Of a DNA stretch of 64,000 bases, positions 23,848 through 36,374 are shown in pieces. Positions within the stretch are counted from its first letter, which is position 1; each line of letters starts with the position of its first letter. The DNA lies in NCBI RefSeq assembly GCF_056712565.1, contig NZ_CM160072.1; one strand, 5' to 3'. Under the pieces are notes generated by a model. That model did not search any database. It saw only the letters and a program-made list of their open reading frames with translations, and had not been told where the DNA came from. Made by a program: the position numbers and the translations under genes.

Positions 23848-26800
23848 TTATTTCATTGCAAACGCACTTTCCAGTTTGCTGTAGCCCAGTCCATTGATCT
23901 TCTTCACTTTGATCTGCACCGGAATACGCTCTTTCATCGCCTCAACGTGGCTAATCACCCCGATGGTTTTGCCACTGGCATTCAGGGCATCCAACGCATC
24001 AAGGGCGGTATCCAGCGTTTCGCTATCCAGTGTGCCAAAACCTTCATCAAGGAACAGCGAGTCAATACGCGTTTTATGGCTGACCAGATCTGAAAGCGCC
24101 AGTGCCAGCGCCAGACTGACGAGGAAACTTTCGCCGCCGGAAAGGGTACGGGTATCGCGTACCGCATCAGCCTGCCAGGTATCAACAACCTCAACTTCCA
24201 GCGCTTCGCTGGCTTTGCGCTGTAACAGATAGCGCCCGTGTAGCCGGGTGAGTTGCTGATTAGCGAGATGGACTAAATTATCCAGCGTCAGCCCTTGGGC
24301 AAACTTGCGGAATTTATCGCCCTCTTTGGAACCTATTAGCGAATTCAGATATCCCCAGTCCTCAACCTGCTGCGTCATTTGAGCAATTTGCTGCATTAAG
24401 GTTTGTTGTTGCTGACGGTTATCTGCATCCTGCTTCAGCTGCTGGCGAATCTCGCCTTGACTCGTGGTGTTTTCACGCAACTTTTGGTGAGTTTGCGCTA
24501 ACTCTTGCTGAATCTGCTCCACCGTCACAGTGAGAGACAACCCGCCAGGTCGGTGTTGCTGATGCTGTGTCAGCGTTTCTGCTGTCTGAGTGACCAGCGT
24601 TTGCGCCTGACGGCGCTGGTTTTCCAGATTCTGCTTGAGCTGTTCCAGCTGCGTTAGTGTTTGTTCATCCATTAGCGCCGCAAGGAACGCCTGCTGATCG
24701 TCAAAGACGCTCGCCTGTAGCGCGGTGTCAAACTGCGCCTGGGCTTTTTGCAGACTTTGCGCCGCCAGAACATCCTGTTGCTGTAACGTCTGCTGCTGGC
24801 TGTGTAATGCGAGACATTGTTCATGAACCTGCCGCCAGTTTTCCAGCGCCACAGTTTCTTCGCTGTGCGGGAGTTCATCACTTTGCGGCAACGTTTCCAG
24901 AATCGGCGTCAGTTGCTGAATACGGTTTTGCAGCGCGGTTAATTCGTTCTGGCGATGCTGCCAGCTCTGCGCTTCTTGCTGACGCGTCGCCAACCAGCTC
25001 TCTTCTTCATCTTCCTGTGGCAATGTCAGTGCATAACCCGCCAATGCCGTTAAGAGCTGCTGCTGGCGTTGTTCAATTTGCTGTTGATACTGGATAATTT
25101 GCTGATTATGCGCGGCAATCTGCCCTTGTAATTCATGCCGTTGGCTGAGTAACCGCAGCTGGCGTTCGTGCTCATCTTGTGCATCTAGCCACGGTTGAAT
25201 ATCGTCCTGTGGCTGCAAGGTGATATTGAGGCTGGCCGTGACGGCTTGCCATTGTTGAGTAAGTGCTTGCTCATCTTGTCGGAGGCTTTGCGCTTCGTTT
25301 TCATCACGCTGAAGTTGCTTTGTTAAGGCGTCCAGTTGCCCACGTAGCGTCGCACCTTCTTCGCCGAGCTTTTTCACTTCTTTTTCCAGCGTTAATAGCC
25401 GGGCCTGATTAACGCCCGGTTCCAGCGCCTGATACGCCTCGACCGCCGGGTGGCTGGTGGAACCACAAAGTGGACAAGGCTGACCCGCTTGTAACTGCGC
25501 GCGCTGGGCTTCCAGCGTTTTAATGCGAGTTTCCTGCTCGCAAATGGTTTTCACATCGGCAAGTTGTTGCGTTTTTTCTTTATAACGATGGCGCATTTCG
25601 TTAAGTGCGGCATTACGTTGCGTCTGTTCCAGAGTGACATTCTGGATAGCGACCTGTAACTGCGCCAGACGTTTTTGTTGGGGAACAATCTGCCCATGCA
25701 GTGCGACCAGGCGCTGACGCAGTGGGCGTTGCTCAGCATGTTGCGCCAGGGCGCTAGCAACTTCATCGGCGGTTAACGTCAACGTGATCGCCGCAAGTGC
25801 ATTAAGTTTTTGCTCAGCATGAGTTAACTGTTGCTGCCATTGCCGCAGATGCTCGCGATCGCTGGTTTGTTGGGAGAACTGCGCACGCCAACCCGCCAGT
25901 TCGTTGTTCCACTGACGTAAGCGGTCGTGTTCCTGTAACCAGGCATTCAGGCTTTGTTGCTGCTGCTGTAATTCTGCTGACTGCTTCGCCGCGTGGTGGC
26001 GAATGCTCGCACGAAGCGCCATTGTGCTCTGTAAGCGAGTATTTACTTCTTCAATCTGCTGGCGAGTATGCGCCAGCGCCGTGCTGTATTCTGCGATGCG
26101 TTCCCAGTGCGGACGAAGATTTCGTGCCGGTTGTGCCAGACTGAGCGCCGCCAGTTGAGGTTGCGCTTTTTCTTCTTCGGCTAACGCCTGTTGCAAGGCC
26201 TGTTGACGGCGGCTGCCTTCTTGCTGCAATTCGTCCAGACGCGTTAACCAGTTTAGCGATTGTTGTTCTTGCTGCTGCGCGGTAATTAACTGTTTTTCTT
26301 CGTCAGTAAGTACCTGCAAACTCGCTGTCAGCGATTGCACTTGTTCTGGCGTGAGCAACGCGACGCCGCTGGCCTGCGCTTGCAGCTTCTCCAGCTCTGT
26401 GCGGGCCGATTTGTGCTGCTCAAAAACCATCGCCGAGATTTGCCCGTAGATTTCAGTGCCGGTTAACTCCTCGAGCAATTCTGCGCGTTCTTTGGGTTTG
26501 GCATTCAGGAAGGCAGCAAATTGCCCCTGCGAAAGCAGCATCGAACGGGTGAAGCGCCCGTAATCCAGTCCGGTTAACGTCGCCGTCAGTTCCAGCTTAT
26601 CTTTCACTTTGTCGGCGAGAATTTTGCCGTCTGCACAGCGCGCCAGCTCTACGCGTGGCACCTGCAAATTACCGTCCGGCTGGTTACGCGCCCGATTCTG
26701 GCTCCAGAACGCGCGATACGCTTCACCTTTGACTTCAAACTCCACTTCCGCCAGACATTCGGCGGTATCGCGGGTCATGAGATCATTTTGCGATTGTGAA

Positions 26801-26991
26801 ACGTTAGAGAGGCGCGGGGTTTCGTGATACAGCGCCAGACAAATGGCGTCCAGCAGGGTGGTTTTCCCCGCACCGGTTGGGCCGGTAATAGCAAACAGCC
26901 CGTTGCTGGCGAACGGCTCGCGGGTGAAATCAATCTTCCATTCGCCTTTTAATGAGTTCAGGTTTTTCAGGCGCAGGCTGAGAATTTTCAT
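23848..26991 (-). CDS. sbcC: exonuclease SbcC (SMC-like ATPase of SbcCD)
   Basis: 1047 aa; N-terminal Walker [10 protein letters not shown], long Gln-rich coiled coil, zinc hook CPLCG, C-terminal signature LSGGE plus Walker B. Confidence 0.95.
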   Translation of the reverse strand: MKILSLRLKNLNSLKGEWKIDFTREPFASNGLFAITGPTGAGKTTLLDAICLALYHETPRLSNVSQSQNDLMTRDTAECLAEVEFEVKGEAYRAFWSQNRARNQPDGNLQVPRVELARCADGKILADKVKDKLELTATLTGLDYGRFTRSMLLSQGQFAAFLNAKPKERAELLEELTGTEIYGQISAMVFEQHKSARTELEKLQAQASGVALLTPEQVQSLTASLQVLTDEEKQLITAQQQEQQSLNWLTRLDELQQEGSRRQQALQQALAEEEKAQPQLAALSLAQPARNLRPHWERIAEYSTALAHTRQQIEEVNTRLQSTMALRASIRHHAAKQSAELQQQQQSLNAWLQEHDRLRQWNNELAGWRAQFSQQTSDREHLRQWQQQLTHAEQKLNALAAITLTLTADEVASALAQHAEQRPLRQRLVALHGQIVPQQKRLAQLQVAIQNVTLEQTQRNAALNEMRHRYKEKTQQLADVKTICEQETRIKTLEAQRAQLQAGQPCPLCGSTSHPAVEAYQALEPGVNQARLLTLEKEVKKLGEEGATLRGQLDALTKQLQRDENEAQSLRQDEQALTQQWQAVTASLNITLQPQDDIQPWLDAQDEHERQLRLLSQRHELQGQIAAHNQQIIQYQQQIEQRQQQLLTALAGYALTLPQEDEEESWLATRQQEAQSWQHRQNELTALQNRIQQLTPILETLPQSDELPHSEETVALENWRQVHEQCLALHSQQQTLQQQDVLAAQSLQKAQAQFDTALQASVFDDQQAFLAALMDEQTLTQLEQLKQNLENQRRQAQTLVTQTAETLTQHQQHRPGGLSLTVTVEQIQQELAQTHQKLRENTTSQGEIRQQLKQDADNRQQQQTLMQQIAQMTQQVEDWGYLNSLIGSKEGDKFRKFAQGLTLDNLVHLANQQLTRLHGRYLLQRKASEALEVEVVDTWQADAVRDTRTLSGGESFLVSLALALALSDLVSHKTRIDSLFLDEGFGTLDSETLDTALDALDALNASGKTIGVISHVEAMKERIPVQIKVKKINGLGYSKLESAFAMK

Positions 26992-28190
26992 GCTTCGTGT
27001 TCTCCGGCGAGGCTATGCAACGTCGTGGCGAAAAGATGCTGCAGACGTTGCTGCTGTGATTCATCCAGTTCTTCCAGTGCCAGACGGCGATTGAACACCT
27101 CTTCGACGCTGAGTTCGCTGAGGGTTTCACGCTGTTGGCTGGCTAACACACGCTCGCGCTGTTCACGACTCCGGCGTACCAGCAATACTTCGACAGGCAA
27201 TGATTCGGTTAATGCCTGGATTTTGCGCTGAATATCATGCAGATACTCATCAGTAGTGATTTCGATATCCAGCCAGACAGGCGGCTCCTGTGATATATCG
27301 CGCCACTGTTCCAGCTGTGCGGTAATCGACGCCAGATCGCCTTTCAGCACCGCCATGGGTTGCGTTACCGGTACGTTCAGGTTTTCCACGCTCTCTAATT
27401 TGCCGTTTGAAAATGTCACCAGATGGACATATTTACTCTTACCGCATTCATCAAAACTCAGTGGTATGGGGGAACCGCAATAGCGAACATGTTCCATGCC
27501 GCCAATAATCTGCGCGCGGTGAATATGCCCGAGCGCGATGTAGTCGGCTGGTGGAAAGTTTTGTGCCGGAAACGCGTCCAGCGTGCCAATATAAATGTCA
27601 CGCACGGCGTCACTTTTACTGGCACCCACGGTCGTTAAATGTCCAGTGGTGATGATGGGCAGAGGCTGAGCGCCGCGCAGTTTGCAGGCATCGGCATAAT
27701 GTTGTTGATAATAATCAGTAATAGCCGCCAGCAAATGCTGCTGTTTTTCAATACCGTTAAGCCCCGCCTGGCTGGTAATAATGTCACGCGGGCGTAAAAA
27801 AGGTATGGGACACAGCACCGCGCCTGGCGTCCCGTCGCGACGGGGCAATATTTGCGGCGCATGTCCGGCGCTGGCGACCACGGTAGTATTGAGGAACGCC
27901 ATGATATCGCGCGATTCATTCAGCGTGGCGACCGAGTCATGGTTTCCTGCCAGTACCACCAGATGACAGCCAGTTTGCTGTAAATTGACAACAAAACGGT
28001 TGTATAACGTGCGGGCGTAACTGGGCGGCGAGCCGGTATCGAAAACATCACCGGCAACAATAATCGCATCCACCTGATGGGCTTGTGCTGTCTCCAGCAG
28101 CCAGTCAAGAAAAGCCTGATGTTCGGCTTCGCGGCTTTTACTGTAGAAGTTCTGGCCGAGATGCCAGTCTGAGGTGTGAAGGATGCGCAT
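26988..28190 (-). CDS. sbcD: exonuclease SbcD (Mre11-type phosphoesterase)
   Basis: Start at 28190 gives [24 protein letters not shown]...; metallophosphatase motifs DxH, GDVFD, GNHD; stop overlaps sbcC start (ATGA). Confidence 0.95.
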   Translation of the reverse strand: MRILHTSDWHLGQNFYSKSREAEHQAFLDWLLETAQAHQVDAIIVAGDVFDTGSPPSYARTLYNRFVVNLQQTGCHLVVLAGNHDSVATLNESRDIMAFLNTTVVASAGHAPQILPRRDGTPGAVLCPIPFLRPRDIITSQAGLNGIEKQQHLLAAITDYYQQHYADACKLRGAQPLPIITTGHLTTVGASKSDAVRDIYIGTLDAFPAQNFPPADYIALGHIHRAQIIGGMEHVRYCGSPIPLSFDECGKSKYVHLVTFSNGKLESVENLNVPVTQPMAVLKGDLASITAQLEQWRDISQEPPVWLDIEITTDEYLHDIQRKIQALTESLPVEVLLVRRSREQRERVLASQQRETLSELSVEEVFNRRLALEELDESQQQRLQHLFATTLHSLAGEHEA

Positions 28191-28297
28191 AACGGTTCCC
28201 TGGCGAAAAAGCATGGGCGCGATTATACCCAAACAGATGTGCCATTTGCTTTTTTCTGCGCCACGGAAATCAATAACCTGAAGATATGTGCGACGAG

Positions 28298-28341
28298 CTT
28301 TTCATAAATCTGTCATAAATCTGACGCATAATGACGTCGCA
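28298..28341 (+). promoter_or_regulatory. Pho box region of the phoB promoter
   Basis: CTTTTCATAAATCTGTCATAAATCTGACGCATAATGACGTCGCA: tandem TGTCAT-type repeats spaced ~11 bp. Confidence 0.75.
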
Positions 28342-28379
28342 TTAATGATCGCAACCTATTTATTACAACAGGGCAAATC

Positions 28380-29069
28380 ATGGCGAGACGTATTCTGGTC
28401 GTAGAAGATGAAGCTCCAATTCGCGAAATGGTCTGCTTCGTGCTCGAACAAAATGGCTTTCAGCCGGTCGAAGCGGAAGATTATGACAGTGCTGTGAATC
28501 AACTGAATGAACCCTGGCCGGATTTAATTCTCCTTGACTGGATGTTACCTGGCGGCTCCGGTATCCAGTTCATCAAACACCTCAAGCGCGAGTCGATGAC
28601 CCGGGATATTCCAGTGGTGATGTTGACCGCCAGAGGGGAAGAAGAAGATCGCGTGCGCGGCCTTGAAACCGGTGCGGATGACTATATCACCAAGCCGTTT
28701 TCTCCGAAGGAGCTGGTGGCGCGAATCAAAGCGGTAATGCGCCGTATTTCGCCAATGGCGGTGGAAGAGGTGATCGAGATGCAGGGGCTAAGTCTGGACC
28801 CGACATCTCACCGGGTGATGGCGGGCGAAGAACCGCTGGAGATGGGGCCGACAGAATTTAAACTGCTGCACTTTTTTATGACGCATCCTGAGCGCGTGTA
28901 CAGTCGCGAGCAACTGTTAAATCACGTATGGGGAACCAACGTGTATGTGGAAGATCGTACGGTCGATGTCCACATTCGTCGCCTGCGTAAAGCACTGGAG
29001 CCCGGCGGGCATGACCGCATGGTGCAGACCGTGCGCGGTACAGGGTATCGTTTTTCAACCCGCTTTTAA
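28380..29069 (+). CDS. phoB: phosphate regulon response regulator PhoB
   Basis: 229 aa; receiver domain ([28 protein letters not shown]) and OmpR-type winged helix. Confidence 0.97.
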
Positions 29070-29126
29070 GGCCTTGCTCATCGGACGTAGAGCAGGGCTT
29101 ATGATTTCTTAACTGGAGTATCTTAC

Positions 29127-30422
29127 GTGCTGGAACGGCTGTCGTGGAAAAGGCTGGTGCTGGAGCTGCTACTTTGCTGCCTCCCGGCTTTCATCCTGGG
29201 TGCATTTTTTGGTTACCTGCCCTGGTTTTTGCTGGCATCGGTAACAGGACTGCTTATCTGGCATTTCTGGAATTTATTGCGCCTTTCATGGTGGCTGTGG
29301 GTGGATCGTAGTATGACCCCGCCACCGGGGCGTGGTAGCTGGGAACCGCTACTATACGGCTTACACCAGATGCAGCTGCGAAATAAAAAACGCCGCCGTG
29401 AACTGGGCAATCTGATTAAACGCTTTCGTAGCGGCGCGGAGTCGCTGCCCGACGCGGTGGTGCTGACCACGGAAGAGGGCGGTATTTTCTGGTGCAACGG
29501 TCTGGCGCAACAGATTCTTGGCTTGCGCTGGCCGGAAGATAACGGGCAGAACATCCTTAACTTGCTGCGTTACCCGGAGTTTACGCAATATCTGAAAATG
29601 CGTGATTTCTCTCGCCCGCTCAATCTGGTGCTCAATACCGGGCGGCATCTGGAGATTCGCGTCATGCCTTATACCCACAAACAGTTGCTGATGGTGGCGC
29701 GAGATGTCACGCAAATGCATCAACTGGAAGGGGCGCGGCGTAACTTTTTTGCCAACGTGAGCCATGAGTTACGTACGCCATTGACCGTGTTACAGGGTTA
29801 CCTGGAGATGATGGATGAGCAACCGCTGGAAGGCGCGGTACGTGAAAAAGCGTTGCACACCATGCGCGAGCAGACCCAGCGGATGGAAGGGTTGGTGAAG
29901 CAATTGCTGACGCTGTCGAAAATAGAAGCCGCACCGACGCATTTGCTCAATGAAAAGGTTGATGTGCCGATGATGCTGCGCGTCGTTGAGCGCGAGGCTC
30001 AGACTCTGAGTCAGAAAAAACAGACATTTACCTTTGAGATAGATAACGGCCTCAAGGTGTCAGGCAACGAAGATCAGCTACGCAGTGCGATTTCGAACCT
30101 GGTCTATAACGCCGTGAATCATACGCCGGAAGGCACGCATATCACCGTACGCTGGCAGCGAGTGCCGCACGGTGCCGAATTTAGTGTTGAAGATAACGGA
30201 CCGGGCATTGCACCGGAGCATATTCCGCGCCTGACCGAGCGTTTTTATCGCGTTGATAAAGCGCGTTCCCGGCAAACCGGCGGTAGCGGATTAGGGTTAG
30301 CGATCGTGAAACATGCGGTGAATCATCACGAAAGTCGCCTGAATATTGAGAGTACAGTAGGAAAAGGTACACGTTTCAGTTTTGTTATCCCGGAACGTTT
30401 AATTGCCAAAAACAGCGATTAA
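29127..30422 (+). CDS. phoR: phosphate regulon sensor histidine kinase PhoR
   Basis: 431 aa; N-terminal TM segment; H-box [14 protein letters not shown]-binding G-boxes ([16 protein letters not shown]). Confidence 0.96.
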   Translation: MLERLSWKRLVLELLLCCLPAFILGAFFGYLPWFLLASVTGLLIWHFWNLLRLSWWLWVDRSMTPPPGRGSWEPLLYGLHQMQLRNKKRRRELGNLIKRFRSGAESLPDAVVLTTEEGGIFWCNGLAQQILGLRWPEDNGQNILNLLRYPEFTQYLKMRDFSRPLNLVLNTGRHLEIRVMPYTHKQLLMVARDVTQMHQLEGARRNFFANVSHELRTPLTVLQGYLEMMDEQPLEGAVREKALHTMREQTQRMEGLVKQLLTLSKIEAAPTHLLNEKVDVPMMLRVVEREAQTLSQKKQTFTFEIDNGLKVSGNEDQLRSAISNLVYNAVNHTPEGTHITVRWQRVPHGAEFSVEDNGPGIAPEHIPRLTERFYRVDKARSRQTGGSGLGLAIVKHAVNHHESRLNIESTVGKGTRFSFVIPERLIAKNSD

Positions 30423-30448
30423 TTCGCCTTTGTCATCTTTTATTGCCA

Positions 30449-30478
30449 TAAGCCAGCCGATGCTGGCTTATTTTCTTT
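30449..30478 (+). terminator. rho-independent terminator after phoR
   Basis: AAGCCAGC-CGAT-GCTGGCTT followed by ATTTTCTTT. Confidence 0.75.
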
Positions 30479-30828
30479 GCAGTCGAAATACGGGCGTTAG
30501 ATTTTACAACGGTTGGTGATTTTTTGTTCGCATGATTAGCCATGTCTTTTTCACGGAAATAGTGTTTTGTACTGGTTGGTGATTTCTTATCGCTATATAC
30601 CTCTGGTTTTTAGATCCCTTCTTGCTTTAAAACGTTATAAGCGTTTAAATTGCGCTTCAGGTGCTGTCATACTGACTGCATTCACGCGGTAAATCGAAAA
30701 ACTATTCTTCGCCGCGCCTGGTTGGGAGTATTTCCCGCTAAAATTGTTTAAATATACCGCTGTATCATCCCCAGGGATTGGCACAAAAATTTAACGTTAC
30801 AACACCACATCCACAGGCAGTATGATTT

Positions 30829-32148
30829 ATGACCCATCAATTAAGATCGCGCGATATCATCGCTCTGGGCTTTATGACATTTGCGTTGTTCGTCGGCGCA
30901 GGTAACATTATTTTCCCTCCAATGGTCGGCTTGCAGGCAGGCGAACACGTCTGGACTGCGGCATTCGGCTTCCTCATTACTGCCGTTGGCCTACCGGTAT
31001 TAACGGTAGTGGCGCTGGCAAAAGTTGGCGGCGGTGTTGACAGTCTCAGCACGCCAATTGGTAAAGTCGCTGGCGTACTGCTGGCAACAGTTTGTTACCT
31101 GGCGGTGGGGCCGCTTTTCGCTACGCCGCGTACAGCTACCGTTTCTTTTGAAGTGGGGATTGCGCCGCTGACGGGTGATTCCGCGCTGCCGCTGTTTATT
31201 TACAGCCTGGTCTATTTCGCTATCGTTATTCTGGTTTCGCTCTATCCGGGCAAGCTGCTGGATACCGTGGGCAACTTCCTTGCGCCGCTGAAAATTATCG
31301 CGCTGGTCATCCTGTCTGTTGCCGCAATTATCTGGCCGGCGGGTTCTATCAGCACGGCGACTGAGGCTTATCAAAACGCTGCGTTTTCTAACGGCTTCGT
31401 CAACGGCTATCTGACCATGGATACGCTGGGCGCAATGGTGTTTGGTATCGTTATTGTTAACGCGGCGCGTTCTCGTGGCGTTACCGAAGCGCGTCTGCTG
31501 ACCCGTTATACCGTCTGGGCTGGCCTGATGGCGGGTGTTGGTCTGACTCTGCTGTACCTGGCGCTGTTCCGTCTGGGTTCAGACAGCGCGTCGCTGGTCG
31601 ATCAGTCTGCAAACGGTGCGGCGATCCTGCATGCTTACGTTCAGCATACCTTTGGCGGCGGCGGTAGCTTCCTGCTGGCGGCGTTAATCTTCATCGCCTG
31701 CCTGGTCACGGCGGTTGGCCTGACCTGTGCTTGTGCAGAATTCTTCGCCCAGTACGTACCGCTCTCTTATCGTACGCTGGTGTTTATCCTCGGCGGCTTC
31801 TCGATGGTGGTGTCTAACCTCGGCTTGAGCCAGCTGATTCAGATCTCTGTACCGGTGCTGACCGCCATTTATCCGCCGTGTATCGCACTGGTTGTATTAA
31901 GTTTTACACGCTCATGGTGGCATAATTCGTCCCGCGTGATTGCTCCGCCGATGTTTATCAGCCTGCTTTTTGGTATTCTCGACGGGATCAAGGCATCTGC
32001 ATTCAGCGATATCTTACCGTCCTGGGCGCAGCGTTTACCGCTGGCCGAACAAGGTCTGGCGTGGTTAATGCCAACAGTGGTGATGGTGGTTCTGGCCATT
32101 ATCTGGGATCGTGCGGCAGGTCGTCAGGTGACCTCCAGCGCTCACTAA
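30829..32148 (+). CDS. brnQ: branched-chain amino acid:cation symporter BrnQ
   Basis: 439 aa polytopic membrane protein; [34 protein letters not shown]... Confidence 0.95.
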   Translation: MTHQLRSRDIIALGFMTFALFVGAGNIIFPPMVGLQAGEHVWTAAFGFLITAVGLPVLTVVALAKVGGGVDSLSTPIGKVAGVLLATVCYLAVGPLFATPRTATVSFEVGIAPLTGDSALPLFIYSLVYFAIVILVSLYPGKLLDTVGNFLAPLKIIALVILSVAAIIWPAGSISTATEAYQNAAFSNGFVNGYLTMDTLGAMVFGIVIVNAARSRGVTEARLLTRYTVWAGLMAGVGLTLLYLALFRLGSDSASLVDQSANGAAILHAYVQHTFGGGGSFLLAALIFIACLVTAVGLTCACAEFFAQYVPLSYRTLVFILGGFSMVVSNLGLSQLIQISVPVLTAIYPPCIALVVLSFTRSWWHNSSRVIAPPMFISLLFGILDGIKASAFSDILPSWAQRLPLAEQGLAWLMPTVVMVVLAIIWDRAAGRQVTSSAH

Positions 32149-32223
32149 ATCACTGAACATTTGTTTTAACCACGGGGCTGCGATGCCCCGTGGTTTTTTA
32201 TTGTGTTGATGGGTTAGGAATTG

Positions 32224-33597
32224 ATGGAAAGTAAGAACAAGCTAAAGCGTGGGCTAAGTACCCGACACATACGCTTTATGGCACTGGGTTCAGCAATTGG
32301 CACCGGGCTGTTTTACGGTTCGGCAGATGCCATCAAAATGGCCGGTCCAAGCGTGTTGTTGGCCTATATTATCGGTGGTATCGCGGCGTATATCATTATG
32401 CGTGCGCTGGGGGAAATGTCGGTACATAACCCGGCAGCCAGCTCTTTCTCGCGTTATGCGCAGGAAAACCTCGGCCCGCTGGCAGGTTACATTACCGGCT
32501 GGACCTACTGCTTTGAAATCCTTATTGTCGCCATCGCCGATGTGACCGCTTTTGGTATCTATATGGGTGTCTGGTTCCCGACGGTGCCGCACTGGATTTG
32601 GGTACTGAGTGTGGTGCTGATCATTTGCGCCGTAAACCTGATGAGCGTGAAGGTATTCGGTGAGCTGGAGTTCTGGTTCTCGTTCTTTAAAGTCGCCACT
32701 ATCATCATCATGATTGTCGCCGGTTTCGGCATCATCATCTGGGGGATTGGCAACGGCGGGCAACCGACCGGTATTCATAACCTGTGGAGCAACGGCGGCT
32801 TCTTCAGTAACGGCTGGCTTGGTATGGTGATGTCGTTGCAAATGGTGATGTTTGCTTACGGTGGGATCGAAATTATCGGGATTACCGCCGGTGAAGCGAA
32901 AGATCCTGAGAAATCGATTCCGCGTGCGATTAACTCCGTGCCGATGCGTATTCTGGTGTTCTACGTCGGTACGCTGTTCGTCATTATGTCTATCTACCCG
33001 TGGAATCAGGTTGGCACTGCCGGTAGCCCGTTTGTGCTGACGTTCCAGCATATGGGCATTACCTTTGCCGCCAGCATTCTTAACTTTGTTGTGCTGACCG
33101 CTTCGCTGTCGGCAATTAACAGTGACGTATTTGGTGTAGGCCGTATGCTCCACGGTATGGCAGAGCAGGGCAGCGCGCCAAAAATTTTCAGCAAAACCTC
33201 GCGTCGCGGTATTCCGTGGGTTACGGTGCTGGTGATGACTACCGCGCTGCTGTTTGCGGTGTATCTGAACTACATCATGCCGGAAAACGTCTTCCTGGTG
33301 ATCGCTTCGCTGGCAACCTTCGCCACGGTGTGGGTGTGGATTATGATCCTGCTGTCGCAAATCGCCTTCCGTCGCCGTTTGCCGCCAGAAGAAGTTAAGG
33401 CGCTGAAATTTAAAGTGCCGGGTGGGGTAGCAACGACCATCGGCGGTTTGATTTTCCTGCTCTTTATTATCGGGTTGATTGGTTATCACCCGGATACGCG
33501 TATCTCGCTGTATGTCGGTTTCGCGTGGATTGTTGTGCTGTTGATTGGCTGGATGTTTAAGCGCCGCCACGATCGTCAGCTGGCTGAAAACCAGTAA
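32224..33597 (+). CDS. proY: APC-family amino-acid permease ProY
   Basis: [34 protein letters not shown]...; second ATG of ORF taken. Confidence 0.94.
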   Translation: MESKNKLKRGLSTRHIRFMALGSAIGTGLFYGSADAIKMAGPSVLLAYIIGGIAAYIIMRALGEMSVHNPAASSFSRYAQENLGPLAGYITGWTYCFEILIVAIADVTAFGIYMGVWFPTVPHWIWVLSVVLIICAVNLMSVKVFGELEFWFSFFKVATIIIMIVAGFGIIIWGIGNGGQPTGIHNLWSNGGFFSNGWLGMVMSLQMVMFAYGGIEIIGITAGEAKDPEKSIPRAINSVPMRILVFYVGTLFVIMSIYPWNQVGTAGSPFVLTFQHMGITFAASILNFVVLTASLSAINSDVFGVGRMLHGMAEQGSAPKIFSKTSRRGIPWVTVLVMTTALLFAVYLNYIMPENVFLVIASLATFATVWVWIMILLSQIAFRRRLPPEEVKALKFKVPGGVATTIGGLIFLLFIIGLIGYHPDTRISLYVGFAWIVVLLIGWMFKRRHDRQLAENQ

Positions 33598-33755
33598 TCC
33601 TTGCGTTCTGTAAGCCGGTTCAGGAGGAAATCCTGATCCGGCTATTCCGAAAGTTATCCGCCCCCGTCCTCCTCCCCCAAATATCCTTCAGATGATGAGT
33701 GATCCTGCATTAGGCTATGGCAAGGTGATCAGATTTTCATCACAGGGGAATTATG

Positions 33756-35570
33756 ATGTTAAATGCATGGCATCTGCCGGTGCCCCCATTTGTTAAACAA
33801 AGCAAAGATCAACTGCTCATTACACTGTGGCTGACGGGCGAAGACCCACCGCAGCGCATTATGCTGCGTACAGAACACGATAACGAAGAAATGTCAGTAC
33901 CGATGCATAAGCAGCGCAGTCAGCCGCAGCCTGGCGTCACCGCATGGCGGGCGGCGATCGAGCTCTCCTGCGGACAACCTCGGCGGCGTTATAGTTTCAA
34001 ATTGCTGTGGCACGATCGCCAGCGTTGGTTTACACCGCAAGGCTTCAGCCGAATGCCGCCAGCACGACTGGAGCAGTTTGCCATTGATGTACCGGATATC
34101 GGCCCACAATGGGCTGCGGATCAGATTTTTTATCAGATCTTCCCTGATCGTTTCGCCCGTAATCTTCCTCGTGAAGCTGAACAGGATCATGTCTATTACC
34201 ATCACGCAGCCGGACAAGAGATCATATTGCGTGACTGGGATGAACCGGTCACGGCGCAGGCTGGCGGATCAACGTTCTATGGCGGCGATCTGGACGGGAT
34301 AAGTGAAAAACTGCCGTATCTGAAAAAACTTGGCGTGACGGCGCTGTATCTCAATCCGGTGTTTAAAGCTCCCAGCGTGCATAAATACGATACCGAGGAT
34401 TATCGCCATGTCGATCCGCAGTTTGGCGGTGATGGGGCGTTGCTGCGTTTGCGACACAATACGCAGCAGCTGGGAATGCGACTGGTGCTGGACGGCGTGT
34501 TTAACCACAGTGGCGATTCCCATGCCTGGTTTGACAGGCACAATCGTGGCACGGGGGGAGCTTGTCACAACCCCGAATCACCCTGGCGTGACTGGTACTC
34601 GTTTAGTGATGATGGCACGGCGCTCGACTGGCTGGGCTATGCCAGCTTGCCGAAGCTGGATTATCAGTCGGAAAGTCTGGTGAATGAAATTTATCGCGGG
34701 GAAGACAGTATTGTCCGCCACTGGCTGAAAGCGCCGTGGAATATGGACGGCTGGCGGCTGGATGTGGTGCATATGCTGGGGGAAGCGGGTGGGGCGCGCA
34801 ATAATTTGCAGCACGTTGCCGGGATCACCGAAGCGGCGAAAGAAACCCAGCCGGATGCGTATATTGTCGGCGAACATTTTGGCGATGCACGGCAATGGTT
34901 ACAGGCCGATGTGGAAGATGCCGCCATGAACTATCGCGGCTTCACATTCCCGTTGTGGGGATTTCTTGCCAACACCGATATCTCTTACGATCCGCAGCAA
35001 ATTGACGCCCAAACCTGTATGGTCTGGATGGATAATTACCGCGCAGGGCTTTCTCATCAACAACAATTACGTATGTTTAATCAGCTCGACAGCCACGATA
35101 CTGCGCGATTTAAAACGCTGCTCGGTCGGGATGTTGCGCGCCTGCCCCTGGCGGTGGTCTGGCTGTTCACCTGGCCTGGTGTACCGTGCATTTATTACGG
35201 TGATGAAGTGGGACTGGATGGCAAAAACGATCCGTTTTGCCGTAAGCCGTTCCCCTGGCAGGTGGAAAAGCAGGATTCGGCGTTATTCGCGCTGTACCAG
35301 CGAATGATTGCGCTGCGTAAGAAAAGTCAGGCGTTGCGTCGTGGCGGCTGTCAGGTGCTGTATGCGGAAGATAACGTGGTGGTATTTGTCCGCGTGCTGA
35401 ATCAGCAGCGTGTACTGGTGGCAATCAACCGTGGCGAAGCCTGTGAAGTGGTGCTACCCGCGTCACCGTTGCTTAATGTCGCGCAATGGCAACGCAAAGA
35501 AGGTCACGGGCAACTGACGGACGGGATTCTGGCTTTGCCTGCCATTTCGGCTACGGTGTGGATGAATTAA
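33756..35570 (+). CDS. malZ: maltodextrin glucosidase (GH13)
   Basis: 604 aa; GH13 motifs [29 protein letters not shown]. Confidence 0.95.
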   Translation: MLNAWHLPVPPFVKQSKDQLLITLWLTGEDPPQRIMLRTEHDNEEMSVPMHKQRSQPQPGVTAWRAAIELSCGQPRRRYSFKLLWHDRQRWFTPQGFSRMPPARLEQFAIDVPDIGPQWAADQIFYQIFPDRFARNLPREAEQDHVYYHHAAGQEIILRDWDEPVTAQAGGSTFYGGDLDGISEKLPYLKKLGVTALYLNPVFKAPSVHKYDTEDYRHVDPQFGGDGALLRLRHNTQQLGMRLVLDGVFNHSGDSHAWFDRHNRGTGGACHNPESPWRDWYSFSDDGTALDWLGYASLPKLDYQSESLVNEIYRGEDSIVRHWLKAPWNMDGWRLDVVHMLGEAGGARNNLQHVAGITEAAKETQPDAYIVGEHFGDARQWLQADVEDAAMNYRGFTFPLWGFLANTDISYDPQQIDAQTCMVWMDNYRAGLSHQQQLRMFNQLDSHDTARFKTLLGRDVARLPLAVVWLFTWPGVPCIYYGDEVGLDGKNDPFCRKPFPWQVEKQDSALFALYQRMIALRKKSQALRRGGCQVLYAEDNVVVFVRVLNQQRVLVAINRGEACEVVLPASPLLNVAQWQRKEGHGQLTDGILALPAISATVWMN

Positions 35571-35574
35571 CGTC

Positions 35575-36156
35575 TTATAACGCCTTGCGTGACGCCTGCT
35601 CCATCATCCGCGGATAAAACTGCCAGAAGCGGGTTTCGAGAGCATCGTAATGGGCGTCTAAATCGTACCAGGAGTCACGCAGGGCATCCAGACGTGGGCG
35701 ACGGCTTGCCATGCCGTTTAACACGCTCTGGATGAAATCCATATCGCGATAGCGCACCAACCACTGCTCTGACCATAAGTAGTTGTTCAGATTGATAAAG
35801 CGTGGCGGTGAGTCTGGAAGAATAGTCATCACTTGCTCCCGGGCATAACAGGTAAATTCCTGTAGCGGAAAATCGGGCGACAGCTGCGACCAGTGGCGGG
35901 ACAGAAAGTGATCCCACATCACATCCAGCGTAATAGGCGCGACACGGCGCGTTTCATTACGAAACCACTCCCGCGCTTCGCGGACTTCCGGCAGATTGTC
36001 GGTTAATACGTCGATTCGCCGATGCATATGAATACCAGCCACGACGTCGGGCGGAAAACTTTCTTCAGGATTTCCGCGTACGAAATCAGCCAGTAAATTG
36101 CCGGAAAGCGAGCTTTCCGCGAGATGGGCTAAATGCAGGTGAGCTAAAAAATTCAT
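35575..36156 (-). CDS. acpH: acyl carrier protein phosphodiesterase
   Basis: Start at 36156 gives [29 protein letters not shown]... (193 aa); ORF-track start 36213 rejected. Confidence 0.9.
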   Translation of the reverse strand: MNFLAHLHLAHLAESSLSGNLLADFVRGNPEESFPPDVVAGIHMHRRIDVLTDNLPEVREAREWFRNETRRVAPITLDVMWDHFLSRHWSQLSPDFPLQEFTCYAREQVMTILPDSPPRFINLNNYLWSEQWLVRYRDMDFIQSVLNGMASRRPRLDALRDSWYDLDAHYDALETRFWQFYPRMMEQASRKAL

Positions 36157-36374
36157 ATACACTTCATCCTTCAAACTGCCTCTTCGTTGGCTGCCTTCAC
36201 TCACCCCAGTCACTTACTTAATGTAAGCTCCTGGGGACTCATTCAGTTGCCATCTCGATGCATCTTGAATGATTTTGTGTATAGATTATGTCATCCATCA
36301 AGGAGGGTAAAGGTTGCAGGGAGAGCGCCCCGGCACTAGACTACCCGCCTCTTATTTTAGTCTGAGTCAGTGTC

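Noticed and set aside
32290-33570. 426-codon ORF on the minus strand fully antisense to proY
   Set aside because: His/Arg/Gln-rich low-complexity translation with no SD; the usual stop-free antisense frame of a codon-biased gene. Same judgement for 4159..5598 (antisense to yaiT), 59686..61047 (antisense to cyoB), 42462..43226 (antisense to tsx), 16199..16954 (antisense to proC), 39280..39984 (antisense to secD) and 20518..21051 (antisense to rdgC).
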